A DNA stretch of 63,492 nucleotides, filler included, from Polymyxa betae A26-41 (Eukaryota > Protista > Endomyxa: Phytomyxea), in assembly GCA_003693705.1 (NCBI GenBank). It is 7 parts of 7 records of this genome, joined end to end, with 100 filler letters (N's around TTAATTAATTAA, not from the genome) between each part and the next. Parts side by side here need not be neighbours in the genome. Positions count along the whole stretch, not along the records: positions 1 to 15,325 come from RBZT01000981.1; 6 more parts are not named here. One strand, written 5' to 3'. This document shows, in pieces, positions 1 through 12,809 of this stretch (its first letter is position 1; every line of letters begins with the position of its first letter). The notes beneath the pieces were generated by a model that searched no databases, had not been told where the DNA came from, and saw nothing but the letters and a program-made list of their open reading frames with translations. Both the position numbers and the translations under genes were made by a program.

Positions 1-274
1 ACCCAACCTCAATCGTACTGGGTTTGTTACTCTGTAGCGTAATACCCGGATCATTCCGGATAGCCTCATCTGCGACACTGCGGGGTATAAGAGACAACCC
101 TCTAACGCCACTATGGAAAATACAGAGTAAAGACTATTATTTATCCTCACTGTGTAACACTTCTTCGCTATCCTCATTAGCTACAATATGGCAACCCAAG
201 TATAGTTGAAAGACTTCTTGGCTATATTAATATTCTTTTTCAAATATTAGTAAACCTGCTGTTTAGTCAGGTTT

Positions 275-1149
275 TCAGGACATTTGTAGACCGATGACCG
301 GTCTTTTTGCAGTGATAACAATCCAAGTTGCAGTTATCAGCCTTCTTCCCGCCCTTCCGATGGCGATTACCTTTCGCCTTATCCTCATTATGGGTTGTCC
401 TCTGGTGAACCCGCACCTTAAAAGTCGTATTGTCAGCTGTTTTCTGACGCTTATTACCTGTTGTCGACGCCGGTAGTGCGACGTTTCCTGATAGTAGACA
501 ATAGCTTCCCTCAACTCAATAAACGCGTCCGGATCCTTCGCCAGTTGCGCCTCCCGACTAAGACGGTCAGAGATCATTTCTTTGAGACCTTCAGGCTCAA
601 TTGCATTCAGAAAAATTTTTACATGATGTTTTTTACCCTCAGAGCTCTTAAAAAGACGCTCCCATCCGTAATCCTTACACATCCGATGAAAATCGGTAGT
701 TAGTGAAAGAACCCGGGCGCCAGCAGACTCAATAGCCATCCTCATTTCTAGCTGCGACATTTTCCTCTCCAGCAATATGTCCCGCGACGATCGCCGCGTG
801 GGACTCTTGCAATCCATTCCTCAAGGTCCTGTTCCTGTATATCCTCTATTGCCTTATGAAGATCATAACGGCATACAGCGAATAGGAAATTGGGCTCGAA
901 CATGGATATTAGCGAGCGAATCTGGGACCCATCTGCTCCAGATTCATAGTGAATTCGCTCGTACTTCTGGCGCTTCTGCTGAAAGCGCAAAATGTCTTTC
1001 GGGTCGGCGGTCTTCAGCTCGGAGGCTTTGTTGGTCTCTAATAGAGTAACATTTCCGGAGGCCACCCGATTGCCAGTCCGCTGCTTCTGAACCAGTTCTT
1101 CATTGGTCGTCCGCGCGCTGGGCTTACCCTCAACATCCTCATCAACCAC
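275..1149 (-). mobile_element. Ty3/Gypsy-type gag fragment (frameshifted) with degenerate zinc knuckle
   Basis: Overlapping ORFs 748-1149 and 275-817 join into a gag-like protein. A CYHCKKTGH..YKCP CCHC knuckle reads across a frameshift near 280-325. The N-terminus resembles the gag start at 59348. Confidence 0.7.
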
Positions 1150-1683
1150 AGTTACACGTCCACCCGATTCCTCATAATCAGAGTCCCTTTACTCTTGCAA
1201 AACACAGCTACGATCCATCAGATTCTTCGCAGTGTAGCCCTTAAAGAATTCTTTAGAGCGGTTTCGTCAGATCGCGATATAGTTGCTACAAAAATCGGCA
1301 GCACTTCAATCAGTGATAATGAATTGTGTTTTATTTCCAGCTCGAATCCCAGCTTAATTCAGCTCAGTCCGTACGAACTCCGCGGGAGTCTTGCCCAATA
1401 CTATTACGGTACGTCTTCATACTTTAATCTTGTTGCATCTTTATTACGCATCAAATTTATGCGTGAGTCATCGAGGCTTCTCTGGGTGTATGGGAATTAT
1501 AAAAATAGATGAATTTCTCCCTGTTATTGATTGGACGTGGACACATCCCTAGATCATTGGTGCTGAACAGCAAGGCGCGATCCTTGAGATTCTAATTCAA
1601 CAGTTTATGAATACATATTATATTATTGTTTTCTTTAAAATATCACCCAGAGCGCTCTGTAGCGACTTTTATCTTGAACCAGC

Positions 1684-4600
1684 ATGTCGAAATTACCTGT
1701 CGACCCCATGCAGACCGAAGACCTTTCGAAGAAAGAATCTACTGCAGAGAATGGTGCTGGGTCGAAATTCCCAACATCTGCAGTTTCTTCGTCTGATGCA
1801 ACTAGTTCTAAATCGTCTGCGGACGTTGAGTCGTCGTCGAATGTATCGTCGACTGTTCCCTTCAGCGATTCTGGTTCGCCCAGGAGAGCCGCCTCGATTG
1901 AAAAGTCTGGATATTCCAAATGCTGTGCTTTATCGGCAATAGCTCAAACAGTATTATGATGTTCTTGAAAACGCTCGCCGACAAGGAGCTGGATCTACGG
2001 ATTTCCTCAGAGCGTTATTACGTTGATTGATCCGAACCTTCTATCTGTTATTTTGAATCATCTTATGAAGATTGAAAAGGAGTTGACAGATACGAAGTTT
2101 TTGGATTTTTTGGAGCAATATCTCGCCTCGGATACGTCTACTCATCGTGAAATTCCATCGATAGTAGCGTCATCTCTGAAGTTGAATTTGAAGCTTAAAC
2201 CGAAAGCGAGAGTAATTGATTTAATTTAACAGTTGGAATCTTTGATTGAGATCAATAACTGGCAGCGGTTTTTCTATGGGACTCAGGAAGGAATCAAAAA
2301 TTATGTTGATTTCTTGGTTGATGTTTTGAAGCCTAGAGCCTTTAAAGAGGAAATGGTTTCTTATATTCGTTTTAATAATCCTGCTGCGAGAAATGATCAT
2401 ACAATTCTGGTTGATCATATGCTTAAAGTGGTTGAAAAGTTTGAGCATTATTTACGAGATTATGATCGTAATGGTCCTAAGCCGTCTGATGGCCCTCGTG
2501 GTCTTAAGCGTGCTGCTTTTAATTCTAATTTAAATCGTACCGAGGCAAAGAAGCCTCGGACAACCATCACTTGCCTGAAATGCCACAATGTTGGTCATCA
2601 TATGAAGGTTTGTCCGCAGCATCCGAGTGCTGCTGAGCAGAAGAAATTAATTGAGCAGTATAAGCTTCAAAAACAGTCTAGTGATAATACTAAGAATAAA
2701 TCGAAGACTTGTTCTCACTATATTAAGCTTGCAAGATCTTTTGAAAATTCTCAAAATGAGACTGGAACTGTCAAAGCTGCATTAGCTGGTGGCAGCTTAA
2801 TTTGTGACGCAATTCTTGATAGTGGTGCGGATAGCAGCATAATTTTGGGCAGAATTTGTGCTGAACTTAAAAAAGTTAATCCCAAATCTGATTATTCATA
2901 ATTTATTAAAGAGAATAACGCTTGAAATGCCTAATGGTCATACAACAATCTTTGAACATTCTCTAGATATTGATATAATGTTGCAAACTAAAATGGGTCA
3001 ATTGATAGTACAAAAGCAACATTGTCTTATATGGAATGATTTAAATGAAGATTTATTGCTTGGCAATGATTTGCTTTCAGATTCAGGAATCAGCCCTAGG
3101 CATGCTTTGGACAATTTGATAGCATCCTATAATTCTTGTAATGATAATTTTGTTACTGAATATTCTTCCATACATCCTGATATTGGGCATGATATTGAAT
3201 AAGAATTATATTCTTGTTTGGTTAATAAAGTGAAAGAAGCCGTCGAAAATGGCTTGAGCCATAAGTATGAGCAGAAGCTGTTAAGTCTTCTGATACATCG
3301 AAAGAATGTCTTTCGATTGAAGTTGGGGCCTGATGCTCCAGCATCTGTCACTCCGTTTATGACTCATCTGAAACCTGACGCTAAATCCGTTCGTTGTAAA
3401 GCACGATTATATACGAAGGATCAAAGTGAATTTTTGAAAGATTTTACTGATTCTCTGGTAAAATTTGGTCTTATTCATGAGAATTATAACTCTGAATGGG
3501 CGAGTCCTGTTCAAGTAGTGGGAAAAGAGAAAGGCTATAGAATGGTAGTTGATCTTCGAGCTGTGAATGCTCAATGTGAGCCCACAACTTGGCCTATGCC
3601 TTTTCTCGAATCGATAATTCAATATTTATCCAAAGCCAAAATATGGTTTATTCTTGATGCATTTAAAGGATTTTGGATTATGCCTTTAGAAAAACAATGT
3701 CAAGAAATATTCTCTTTTATGACTGATAGGGCTGTATTCACGCCAACTCGATCCATTCAAGGAGCTGTGAACTCTGCAACGCAGTTTCAGGCTCGTATGG
3801 CTGAAATCTTTGCTACTTTGTTATATAAATCTCTTATCATCTGGATTGATGATTTATTAGGATATGCAGATGAAGAGAAAACTTGGGTCACAATTCTTGA
3901 TCGGACCTTGGAATTAGCTGATAATTTTAATCTTAAATTTAATGTTGAGAAATGTCTTCTTGAAAGAGGTGGAATTTTGTGGACGAATATTTGGTCCAGC
4001 GGGTGTGAGACACGACCCTCGGAGGATTGCTGCGTTAACTGAAATGCCAATTCCAAAAAGAGCTAATGAGTTGCAGCAAATTCTAATATCATCACAATGG
4101 ATGACTCGTTCCATTCCAAATTATAATAAGATAGTTTTATCTTTACAAGATATACTGGAAGATGCAATGAAAATTGCAATTACGCCGAACTAAAAAGGCC
4201 GCAAGTCGTGTTGACTTGCAGCGATTTGGTTGGAATGAAATTCATACAAAGGCTTTTATTGAATTAAAAAATTCTATTACAGATGCTGTTATGTTAGCTT
4301 ATATTAGCGATCAGATGGTTCAATGTGTCTTTTGTGATGCCAGCCATCATGTAGTTCAGGAGTGGTTTCTCAGATTCCACCTGAAGATATCAATAAACCC
4401 ATTCATCAACAAAGACATCAACCTCTTGGCTTTGTAGGCCACAGATTTAATGGGTCTGAGCTGATTGGGCGACAATTGATAAAGAGGCTTTTGCCATTAA
4501 GGATACTCTGAAGAAGCTATCTTACCTTCTACATATGCCTTCACCTTTCCATTTATATACGGATCATAGGAATTTACTGCATATGTACAATCCTTTGAAG

Positions 4601-5310
4601 TGTGCTAAGCAATCAGCAGAAAGGTTGATTCGTTGGGGGATTGAAATACGGGATTATAATTACCTAATTCATCATATCTCCGGCGAGGATAATCATTGGG
4701 CTGATTTGCTATCTAGATGGGGTGCTGGTGTATGTGATGTCTCTGATAATGAACCCATAATTCATGCCAGAGTGCTACGAATATCGGAAGATATTATTCC
4801 GACCGAACCAAATCATTTATTAAATGATACTATTCGTGTACAGCCTTGAAAAATATAGTCTGGCCAGACACTTCTGAAATTTTGACTGAGCAAGATCTCC
4901 ATTTTCCGAATAGCCATTTTGCTAAAAATTCAGATGGACTTTTGGTTGATAAAAAAAACAGAATAGTTATACCCATTCAAAGTGTTGACCTGATTCGGCG
5001 ACTATGCATTATACGTAGCACATGCTGGTTGTCACTGTGGTCACTTGTCATATAAAATGCATTGGCTATGCTTCAAGACTGGGTATATTGGATCGGTATG
5101 CGACAAGGCATCAAGGATGTCTGTTCCGCTTGTTTGCACTGTCTTCCAACGCAAAAAGGAATTCGTATCCCTCGCCCGCTTGGAACGGCGTGCCATGGAA
5201 CAAAACCAAATGAGGTTTTGCATTTTGATTATTTATATGTTGCATCCAAATTGAAAAGTTCCATGAACTTTTAATGGTATTTGTTATCCGTGATGATTTT
5301 TCGGGAAAAT
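1684..5310 (+). mobile_element. Decayed Ty3/Gypsy LTR retrotransposon gag-pol
   Basis: Zinc knuckle CLKCHNVGHHMKVC, protease AILDSGAD, RT (WASPV, YRMVVDLR, WIDDLL), RNase H (FCDAS, YTDHRNL, NHWADLLSR), integrase start (CSACLHC, LHFDYL). Many frameshifts; truncated near 5310. Confidence 0.92.
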
Positions 5311-6099
5311 TTAAATTGACCTTCGATTGACCTTCGCCCTACGAATTGACCTACTGCGCGCACTTTATCCCGGCGTTATAAAATGACCTACATTTTGACC
5401 AACTGGTGCCAAATGACCTACACATTGACCTACGGACACCAGTTGTCCTTACGGAGTGACCAACCAAATTCTATCCCTAACACACAAGAAATCACTTCTT
5501 TCTTGATGAGTCCCTATTTGCTAGGGCTTTGCCCTTGCACGTTTGCCGCATCATGATTTTTGATATCCCTGGCTCAGCCAGCATTCTGAATATTTTTATT
5601 TTCGTAATGATGTGCGCTTACAGTGAGCCATCTCTTGGACTACTGCACTGGCTAACCGTTATTCACCTCCGATGATGAAGAAATTGCAGTCCTCTTAAGA
5701 ATTTCAATTTTCAAAGGCAATTGTGGTGTTCGGTAAGGAATCCGTAAATAAACCATCCGGGTTATCGGTAATGCTTGCAGGGCAACCTTTCGGCTAGTTT
5801 TTGTGTTACCCGATACTTGCTACATAGTTAGAATTTGATTCTAGTAAAACCAGTTCGATTGTACACTTATAGTTGGGTTAGGGTTCTCTACGGTAATTAA
5901 AGTTACAACGAAACGAGGCGGAGAAGTTGATTCAAAAACGGCGTTAACAGAACTGGCCTATTCTCAGTTCGTTCTCCAAACTGACTGTATTATTGTGCAT
6001 ACAGTCTTACTGCTGGCAAACTATCGCCAAACTACACTTTGGCAGCATTATGGCGGGTCGCGCCTCCTGACACGATCTGCTGATGTCGAAGCTATTCAT

Positions 6100-7000
6100 T
6101 TAAATAATCGGTACTGCAGCAGATAATCGCCCAGTACGATCCTGCAGACGTCTTCAGTATAATCGAAACCGGATTATTTTATTGCATGGCTCCCGATCGT
6201 ACAGTAGCCTCTAGACAGATCGGCGGAATAAAAAAAGATAAGACACGAATAACGATTGCTCTGTGTGCGAATTCTAATGGCACTGAAAAGAGAGATCTAT
6301 ATTTTATTGGGCATGCTGAGAAATCTCGGGCCTTTAACAAGAAACGGGGCGAGCATTATGGTTTCTATTATCGCTGGAACAGGATGACGACATTCTGTTT
6401 CAGGAATGGCTCTTGAAATTGGACGGAGCCATGCGAGAACAGCAGAGACGGGCTTTGCTGCTTCTAACCAATGCTCTATCGCATGCAATTGGGACTGTTG
6501 ATCTCACTAACGTTACTGCTATGTTTTTCCCTCCAAACACATCTTCTCATATTCAGCCAAAGGATGTCGGCATCATTGCCGCTTTCAAGAATCGCTACTG
6601 TTCTTTCCAGCTTGGCATGTTTTGGATCGTGAGAAAAACGGTGTCACCAAAATCTACAAAGTAGATATTCTGCAAGCTATGCTCTGGTGTAGGGATTCGT
6701 GGAAAATGGTCACGCCAGCTTCAATCAAAAACTGCTGGGTCATACGGGTGCTTTGGACGCTATGAATCCCGACTGTCTTGTTATGGAGTTAGATATATAT
6801 AGATCATTGGGAGGAAGAGGATTGCCTGGATGAGAAAATCGAACAGCTGACTGACCAACCCATCGATTTGGATGAGTATTTAGCGCTTGATAATGGCAGC
6901 GAAGTCCATCAGCAATTCACAGATGCCAATATCTTGGTACCTCTCTTCATTACGACTCTGCCCCTGTTGACGACGACGTCATCGAAGTAGCGAATCAACC
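6100..7000 (+). mobile_element. pogo/Tigger-like DDE_1 transposase remnant
   Basis: KKDKTRITIALCANSNGTEK and LLLLTNALSH...FFPPNTSSHIQPKDVGIIAAFKNRY, broken by frameshifts. Confidence 0.85.
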
Positions 7001-7107
7001 TCGGATTATATCGCTAGAGGAGAAAATCAATGCTTTACAGGTTTCCATTGAATTTTTGAATGATAACTCATTCGAGCGAAAAAATTAAATTCAACGCACT
7101 TTTCGAC

Positions 7108-8572
7108 TTAATGCATACGGACTTTTGTAAACGATTTGGCTGACTTCACGAAGGCCGGTCCGGTAGACAATTTGACCGTGGTACTGCTGTGGTAGGTACT
7201 CGGCATGCATAGAGGCACCGAGGTCGCAGCATGCTCTCTACGCATCAGACCAGGACAATCCCTTTGAAGACGATCAACAATCGAAGGTTCTGACAAGTTC
7301 TGATGGAGGCGCTGACTTCATATGATGAAAAAAAGGCCGATTGAGGGATTTGGTCGTTCCTCCAAGTCTGTAGCTGTATTGATTTCGGACGCTCTGTGCA
7401 ATGACAGTGATTAGAAATATAACTTTCTCAATGATGATCGATTTTATTCACATGATTCGGTATCGAGTTCTATGAGTCATTTCAGCGCTGATCATATGGC
7501 CTGTTTCACTGTTTCTTAATAAATATTGTTTTCATTTTATTCTTGTTCGATATTTAAAATGATGTGTCGAGTCGTTATGATTTTGTGCTCGGATGGGTTG
7601 GACACTGTTCTCATCAGTAATCAGCTCATATCTAATCGGTAATATAGTTTCTTTTGCGTTTGGAATATGAATGTTATGAACTGATTTTTTCCGATTCGTT
7701 TCAAAGACTGATTGTTGTGGAAACTCTCGGCTTCCACTCTGTGGTGAGGACATTCTATCAAGGACATTCTCAGGTATCAACTTTGATCGCTGTGTAGAAA
7801 TACTCAGTATCTGTTCAGATAGACCGGATACTTGACATCGCAATGAATCTAATTCAGTACTCATCTAAACGATTCAGATTCAGTTGAAAATCTGCAATGC
7901 TTCATAAATGATTTCTTCAGAACCTTGGACTGAATTTCGGAATACTTCTCGAACACACTTTTCAGAAGTCGGCTATTTTCCTCGTTTTGAATTCGGAGAT
8001 TTTCAAATGCACCTAAAACCTGAACAAAAGGTCTCAATCCGAAAAGAATGAGACCAACATACAGAACTTACTTGGATTCGAAACGATCGATCGTCATCCA
8101 TATTGTCACCGATGCACTCAGCAAAATAATCCAGTTTTGCTTTATAGCTTTCAATTGCATTGAGAATATCTTCCGAACTAAGTGTGAAATTCATTGGAGT
8201 TCCAGTCTTCTTTGACTTGATCTCAGAACATTTCACTGACACAAAACTTTAAGCAATAATATTACAAGGGAAGCAAAATGTACCTTTATTGCTGAGAGGT
8301 TTGGTTTCTGTAGCCGTGCTATCTGATGTTTGATCTGAAGATTTTCTTGATCTCACTAACATCATAGATTTCTTTTCATGGATTTGGTTCTGGAATTTCA
8401 TAGATTTGGCATCTTTTTTACATTGCTATAAGATGGTTAGCTCAAGCTGCTGACACTGGAGAAATGATACCTGCAGATGGGACGGTATATGATACATAGC
8501 AGTTAGATCATGTATAGAATCATCCCAATGTGGTTTAGATTTCGGTTTAGGAGTGCGAAAATGATTTGCCAT
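7108..8572 (-). CDS. Multi-exon hypothetical protein, partly coiled-coil
   Basis: ATG at 8572 (MANHFRTPKPKSKPHWDDSIHDLT). Short GT-AG introns link ORF pieces 8003-8242, 7532-7864 and 7108-7296. Exon boundaries approximate. Confidence 0.5.
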
Positions 8573-8810
8573 AGAAGATGTGGATGGAGTATGAATGTAA
8601 TGGAATCACTAACTACTTTTGGGTATTATTTGATGTAAAGAGAGATAGAAAGGATAGAGAGAGACAGAAGAGGTAATAAGACCTACCCTATAGATGAGAG
8701 TATCATTAAAACACATGCGAGATGATCTACTACGAAGGCAGATCATTGAATTAGCGCACTATCTCTTACATTTCCATGATTCAGCAATCTCTTCTGTATT
8801 ATTATCAAAT

Positions 8811-11672
8811 ATGACATCATTCAATGATCTCGCTCAACGTCTATCTTCATCAGCAATCTTGAACGAATCCAATCATGCAGCTGATCATGTTCGCCCAGCA
8901 CTGGCCCTGAACCGCTCTTCCGATCTCTTCATTCTTGGTTCCGATGCCCGCATTCGATGCTGCCGTCTTCGCGATATTAAACTGAATCGGCCTGATGTTA
9001 TGAGAGTCAGTTTATCATGCATACTAGATAGTGTGCCATAATTTCATACTGTGCTAGGTGCTGTCTTTAGATCAGACATTTGACGTAATTGCCAAACAAA
9101 AATCCATTGTCCCATTTAATGAATTTCATTCAGCTATCATTCCATCGTGATCCGAAGCTGTTATTCAATCGTTCCAGTGATCTTCTTGCGATTTATAATT
9201 ATGATTCAGTTCTAGTGATTGCATTTGTTGCTGGAATGATGCATAATGGTTTTACCTCTGATAAAGGTCATTGAACAATTTGCTCATTTTTTTGTGTTAG
9301 AATTAAATGAGCGATTCTAGACATGATGCCATTACCTGTGATCTGTATCCCTGTCATTAATTCAGACACTAATGGTTATAGCTCACATCATATTCTACAA
9401 GCTCAATGGCATCCATTTAGTGATCGACACATCTGTATATTATCCAGAGATAATACTTTCAGGTTTACAAACGCTCCGTATCGACATGCTGACTTTTATT
9501 GAATTACGCCCCTTAGAATGTTCCATATTGCCAACTCGGAAGCATATCTCGAATATCAACTAAATTTGACTGAAAATAGTGTCAAAGTTATTCCACTGCA
9601 AAGAAGATTTGTAAATTTCTGTTTCTCTTCAGCCTCAGGTCGGCTCTCTGATAACCATCTAACATATTACTCACCTTGTTTGTATGTATATCTGTTAGGC
9701 TGGGGCAAGTTCTCGTTGTATTTTCTAGATGATATCGGAGGAATCTATGTTGCTTGTCCAATAGTTCCATTAAATATGATTGTTGAGCGATCCCAGCTTG
9801 ATTGCCTCTATAGAAATGATCTTTCGGTATTTGAAGACACCAAATTCACAAATTCGTTTCTCAGTGTATTACCGTCAGATGGTTGATGAATGGGTTAATT
9901 CATGCTGGCAACCTACACATATGGATAGTTCATATGTTTATAATCCAGATCGAGTTATTTCCCGATTTATGACATCTCTTCAAGGTATGCTTGCTAATTT
10001 CTATATTGAATATTGAATCTTTCAGGTCCTTTACAGCCGGATTATGTTCGAGGCGAACCGAACAATGACGCCACTTCGATAACCGGCTTCAGTTTGCAAA
10101 AGTTAAATATTGAAATGATTCTGACCGCATTTAGATCTGGCCATATCCATATCTCATTACATTGCCATCAGCTGTGTCCCAATTGGCTTCAGGTTCATAT
10201 TCGCAATACAGTCAACCAGGTGCATTCATTTATCTTGATGGCAGAATTACCAGACTGATCCCGAACCTGAATTACTTGATATAACTCGATTCCATACTGG
10301 AGCGAGTGATATAAAAATATCATCAAAGAATGCTGATTCCGTGTTCGTCGATTCTGCAGAATCATTTCTGCAAATTCAATGCTCAAATCTGCTTCAGTTC
10401 TTCACAATCCGCGCTGAAGGTATCGTTCAGCTTTATTGCGTTTATAGCTCCACGACTTTTAGAACTGTTTGGAATCTGTTAATCTGTTGATATCCAATTG
10501 AGAATTTTTTCCAATATAGGCTTAGGCCATCCTTTGAATTTATCCCATCTTCATCCTCCAATACGCCATATATTTCGAGCCCCATTGGAGAATCGTATTG
10601 GTGTTCAGTACTGCAATGACCTACTTATTGGTCAATATGTACTCGCTCTAACAACTGATTACAAACTAATCATTGAGCCAATTTGCAATCTACCTCATCC
10701 AAAGCCCAAAAGTGAAAACTCAGTTACAGGACAGGTAACATTACTTTGTTGTTAGTTAGCTGCGTTAGCTTTCATTGATTTTCCAATGTTCCGTGTATAT
10801 TTTATTACCACTCTGAATATGATCAAATAGGCCCAAGAATCCAATGTATCGTTCTCTATTGACGCATTCAAACGAGGCAGCCTTCCTGAGCTGACTGCTT
10901 CATCTCTTGATACATCGTCCATGTCCACAATATCATCGAGTTCATTGCAGTCTCTGATTGCTTTTTCGAAGCAAACATGCTCCGCAATTAACTTAATCTC
11001 TTCGCAGCAATCGACTTACGTCGATCGTTATTTACTTCTCCAGAAATTCTCCCAATGTCAGCTCTTGTATATGTAAACTGTTTCCAAAGCGTCTATCATT
11101 ATCCTCTTAATAATTTTGTTTTAGATGGAGATTGAAAGACATATTGACAGTAATGGAACAAAGACAGTCAAAATTTCAAGCTACGTTAAACAGTCGACGT
11201 AATTCGTTGAAACAATTGGTGAACAGAATCGAGCAATGTGCGTATACTATCAAAAATTGGAATAATGGAATTTTACCGACAGGTATTGTTGCGTCATCGT
11301 TGCACTGCTTGCTGTGATTATTTCTGATAGGTGATTATCTTTCATCAACAGAGGAGTTGGATTTCTCTCTGGAGTTACAAAGAACAATGGACAAAGCGAA
11401 ACAATACAAGGTCATAATGCCACTTTGTGATTGCTGCTACAAGTTCACCTGGATTTTAGGTGATATATGAAGAAATTAAATCAAGATTAGACCCGATCGG
11501 CTCTCAACAAATGTCGCGTTCTAATGGAAGCTCGGCTCCGTTGACGGAATCGTATCTGCAACGAATAATGCCTGCTTTAGAAAAGCACACCTCTGCCCTA
11601 AAGGACTGTCAAACAGATGTTCAGCGTTTGCACAATCGAATGTTGACAGAATTTCCAGGGATTTTGAAATAA
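8811..11672 (+). CDS. NUP88: Nup88/Nup82-like nucleoporin, many short introns
   Basis: Propeller-like exons LFNRSSDLLAIY and GWGKFSLYFLDDIGGIYVACPIVP (compare fungal Nup82 GW...GDVYALCP), LQGPLQP across an intron, C-terminal coiled-coil exons. Confidence 0.65.
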
Positions 11673-11786
11673 ACTATTGTTTAAATATTGATATTGAACG
11701 TGAAATGTCCTTCGTGTCTGTCCGGTTCCATATTGCGTATTTATTACTTGGTATTGGACGGAGGGAATTCGGTGCTTGGTGTCGTC

Positions 11787-12650
11787 ATGACGGCCATGCA
11801 GGATCTCTTGGACCCGGAAGTCCCTTTTAATCATCGTCTCCTCACCAATGATGTCCAGAAGACACTCATTCAGCTTAATGCCATCAATTTTGATTCGGTG
11901 CATGAGCTTATTACCAATGCTGCATTCTCTATACATGAGCATGATCCGGACACCTCTGACGAACATGTATTTGCTTTTTCTACTGTTGTTTATTTATGTC
12001 ATCTTGTCAAGATTTACTACTTCGAATAACATCCTTATTGCAGAGTCACTAGTTTCTAATTCCAATGTCCTTTCAGGTTAAGGATCTTAAAGGAATGCTG
12101 GAAAATGTGATAAAACAGCACCACCGTCTTGACAACCATAAGGAAGCTCTGGTTGAGCTTGCGTCTGAACTGAATGATCACTCTTATCAGCAGCTTTGTA
12201 TCCCTGATTATGACTGGGTCACACCTCTCGCCAATAAAATCCATCGAATTTCCAGATCTAGGCAAGCTAGCCAGAATCATCAGCTGCAAAGAAGAATAGA
12301 TGCGTTCCAAGAAGAAATTGCTGGATGTGACGACCATGCAGATGGAATGGATGTTGATGGCGATGATGACATTATTATTGAGAAAGAAGTGGCATACGAT
12401 AAGTGCCCGGTTACACAAGGGCCTCTAACTGATGCTATGAAATCAACAAAATGTGGCCATATTTACAGGTATTGTCTTATGCAGTATCCATTGAAATAAT
12501 GATCACTGATTTCTTTATTGCAGCAAAGCAGGAATCGAATCATTATTGTCGCGCCGATCAACAATGCCATGTCCGGTGTCTGGATGCAAGCAAAATATTT
12601 CTCGTGATTGCCTACGTCGAAATAATCGTTCAGCGTTTCAACAACGTTGA
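11787..12650 (+). CDS. NSE2: SUMO E3 ligase NSE2/MMS21 (SMC5/6 complex)
   Basis: SP-RING CPVTQGPLTDAMKSTKCGHIYSK...CPVSGC, assembled across an intron at about 12469-12522. First intron about 11967-12077. Confidence 0.85.
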
Positions 12651-12809
12651 ACGTGAAACTCATAAACAATTATAATGTTCTGATCACGTTGAGATCGATA
12701 ATTTATCATTTTTTGACTGCATTGGTTCGGAACATCGCGATTCTACCAGAAATAACTTGGTCGTGCAACCTGAGTTCGAGTTCCAGCGAAACAAGTCCTA
12801 GAAGCTGCT

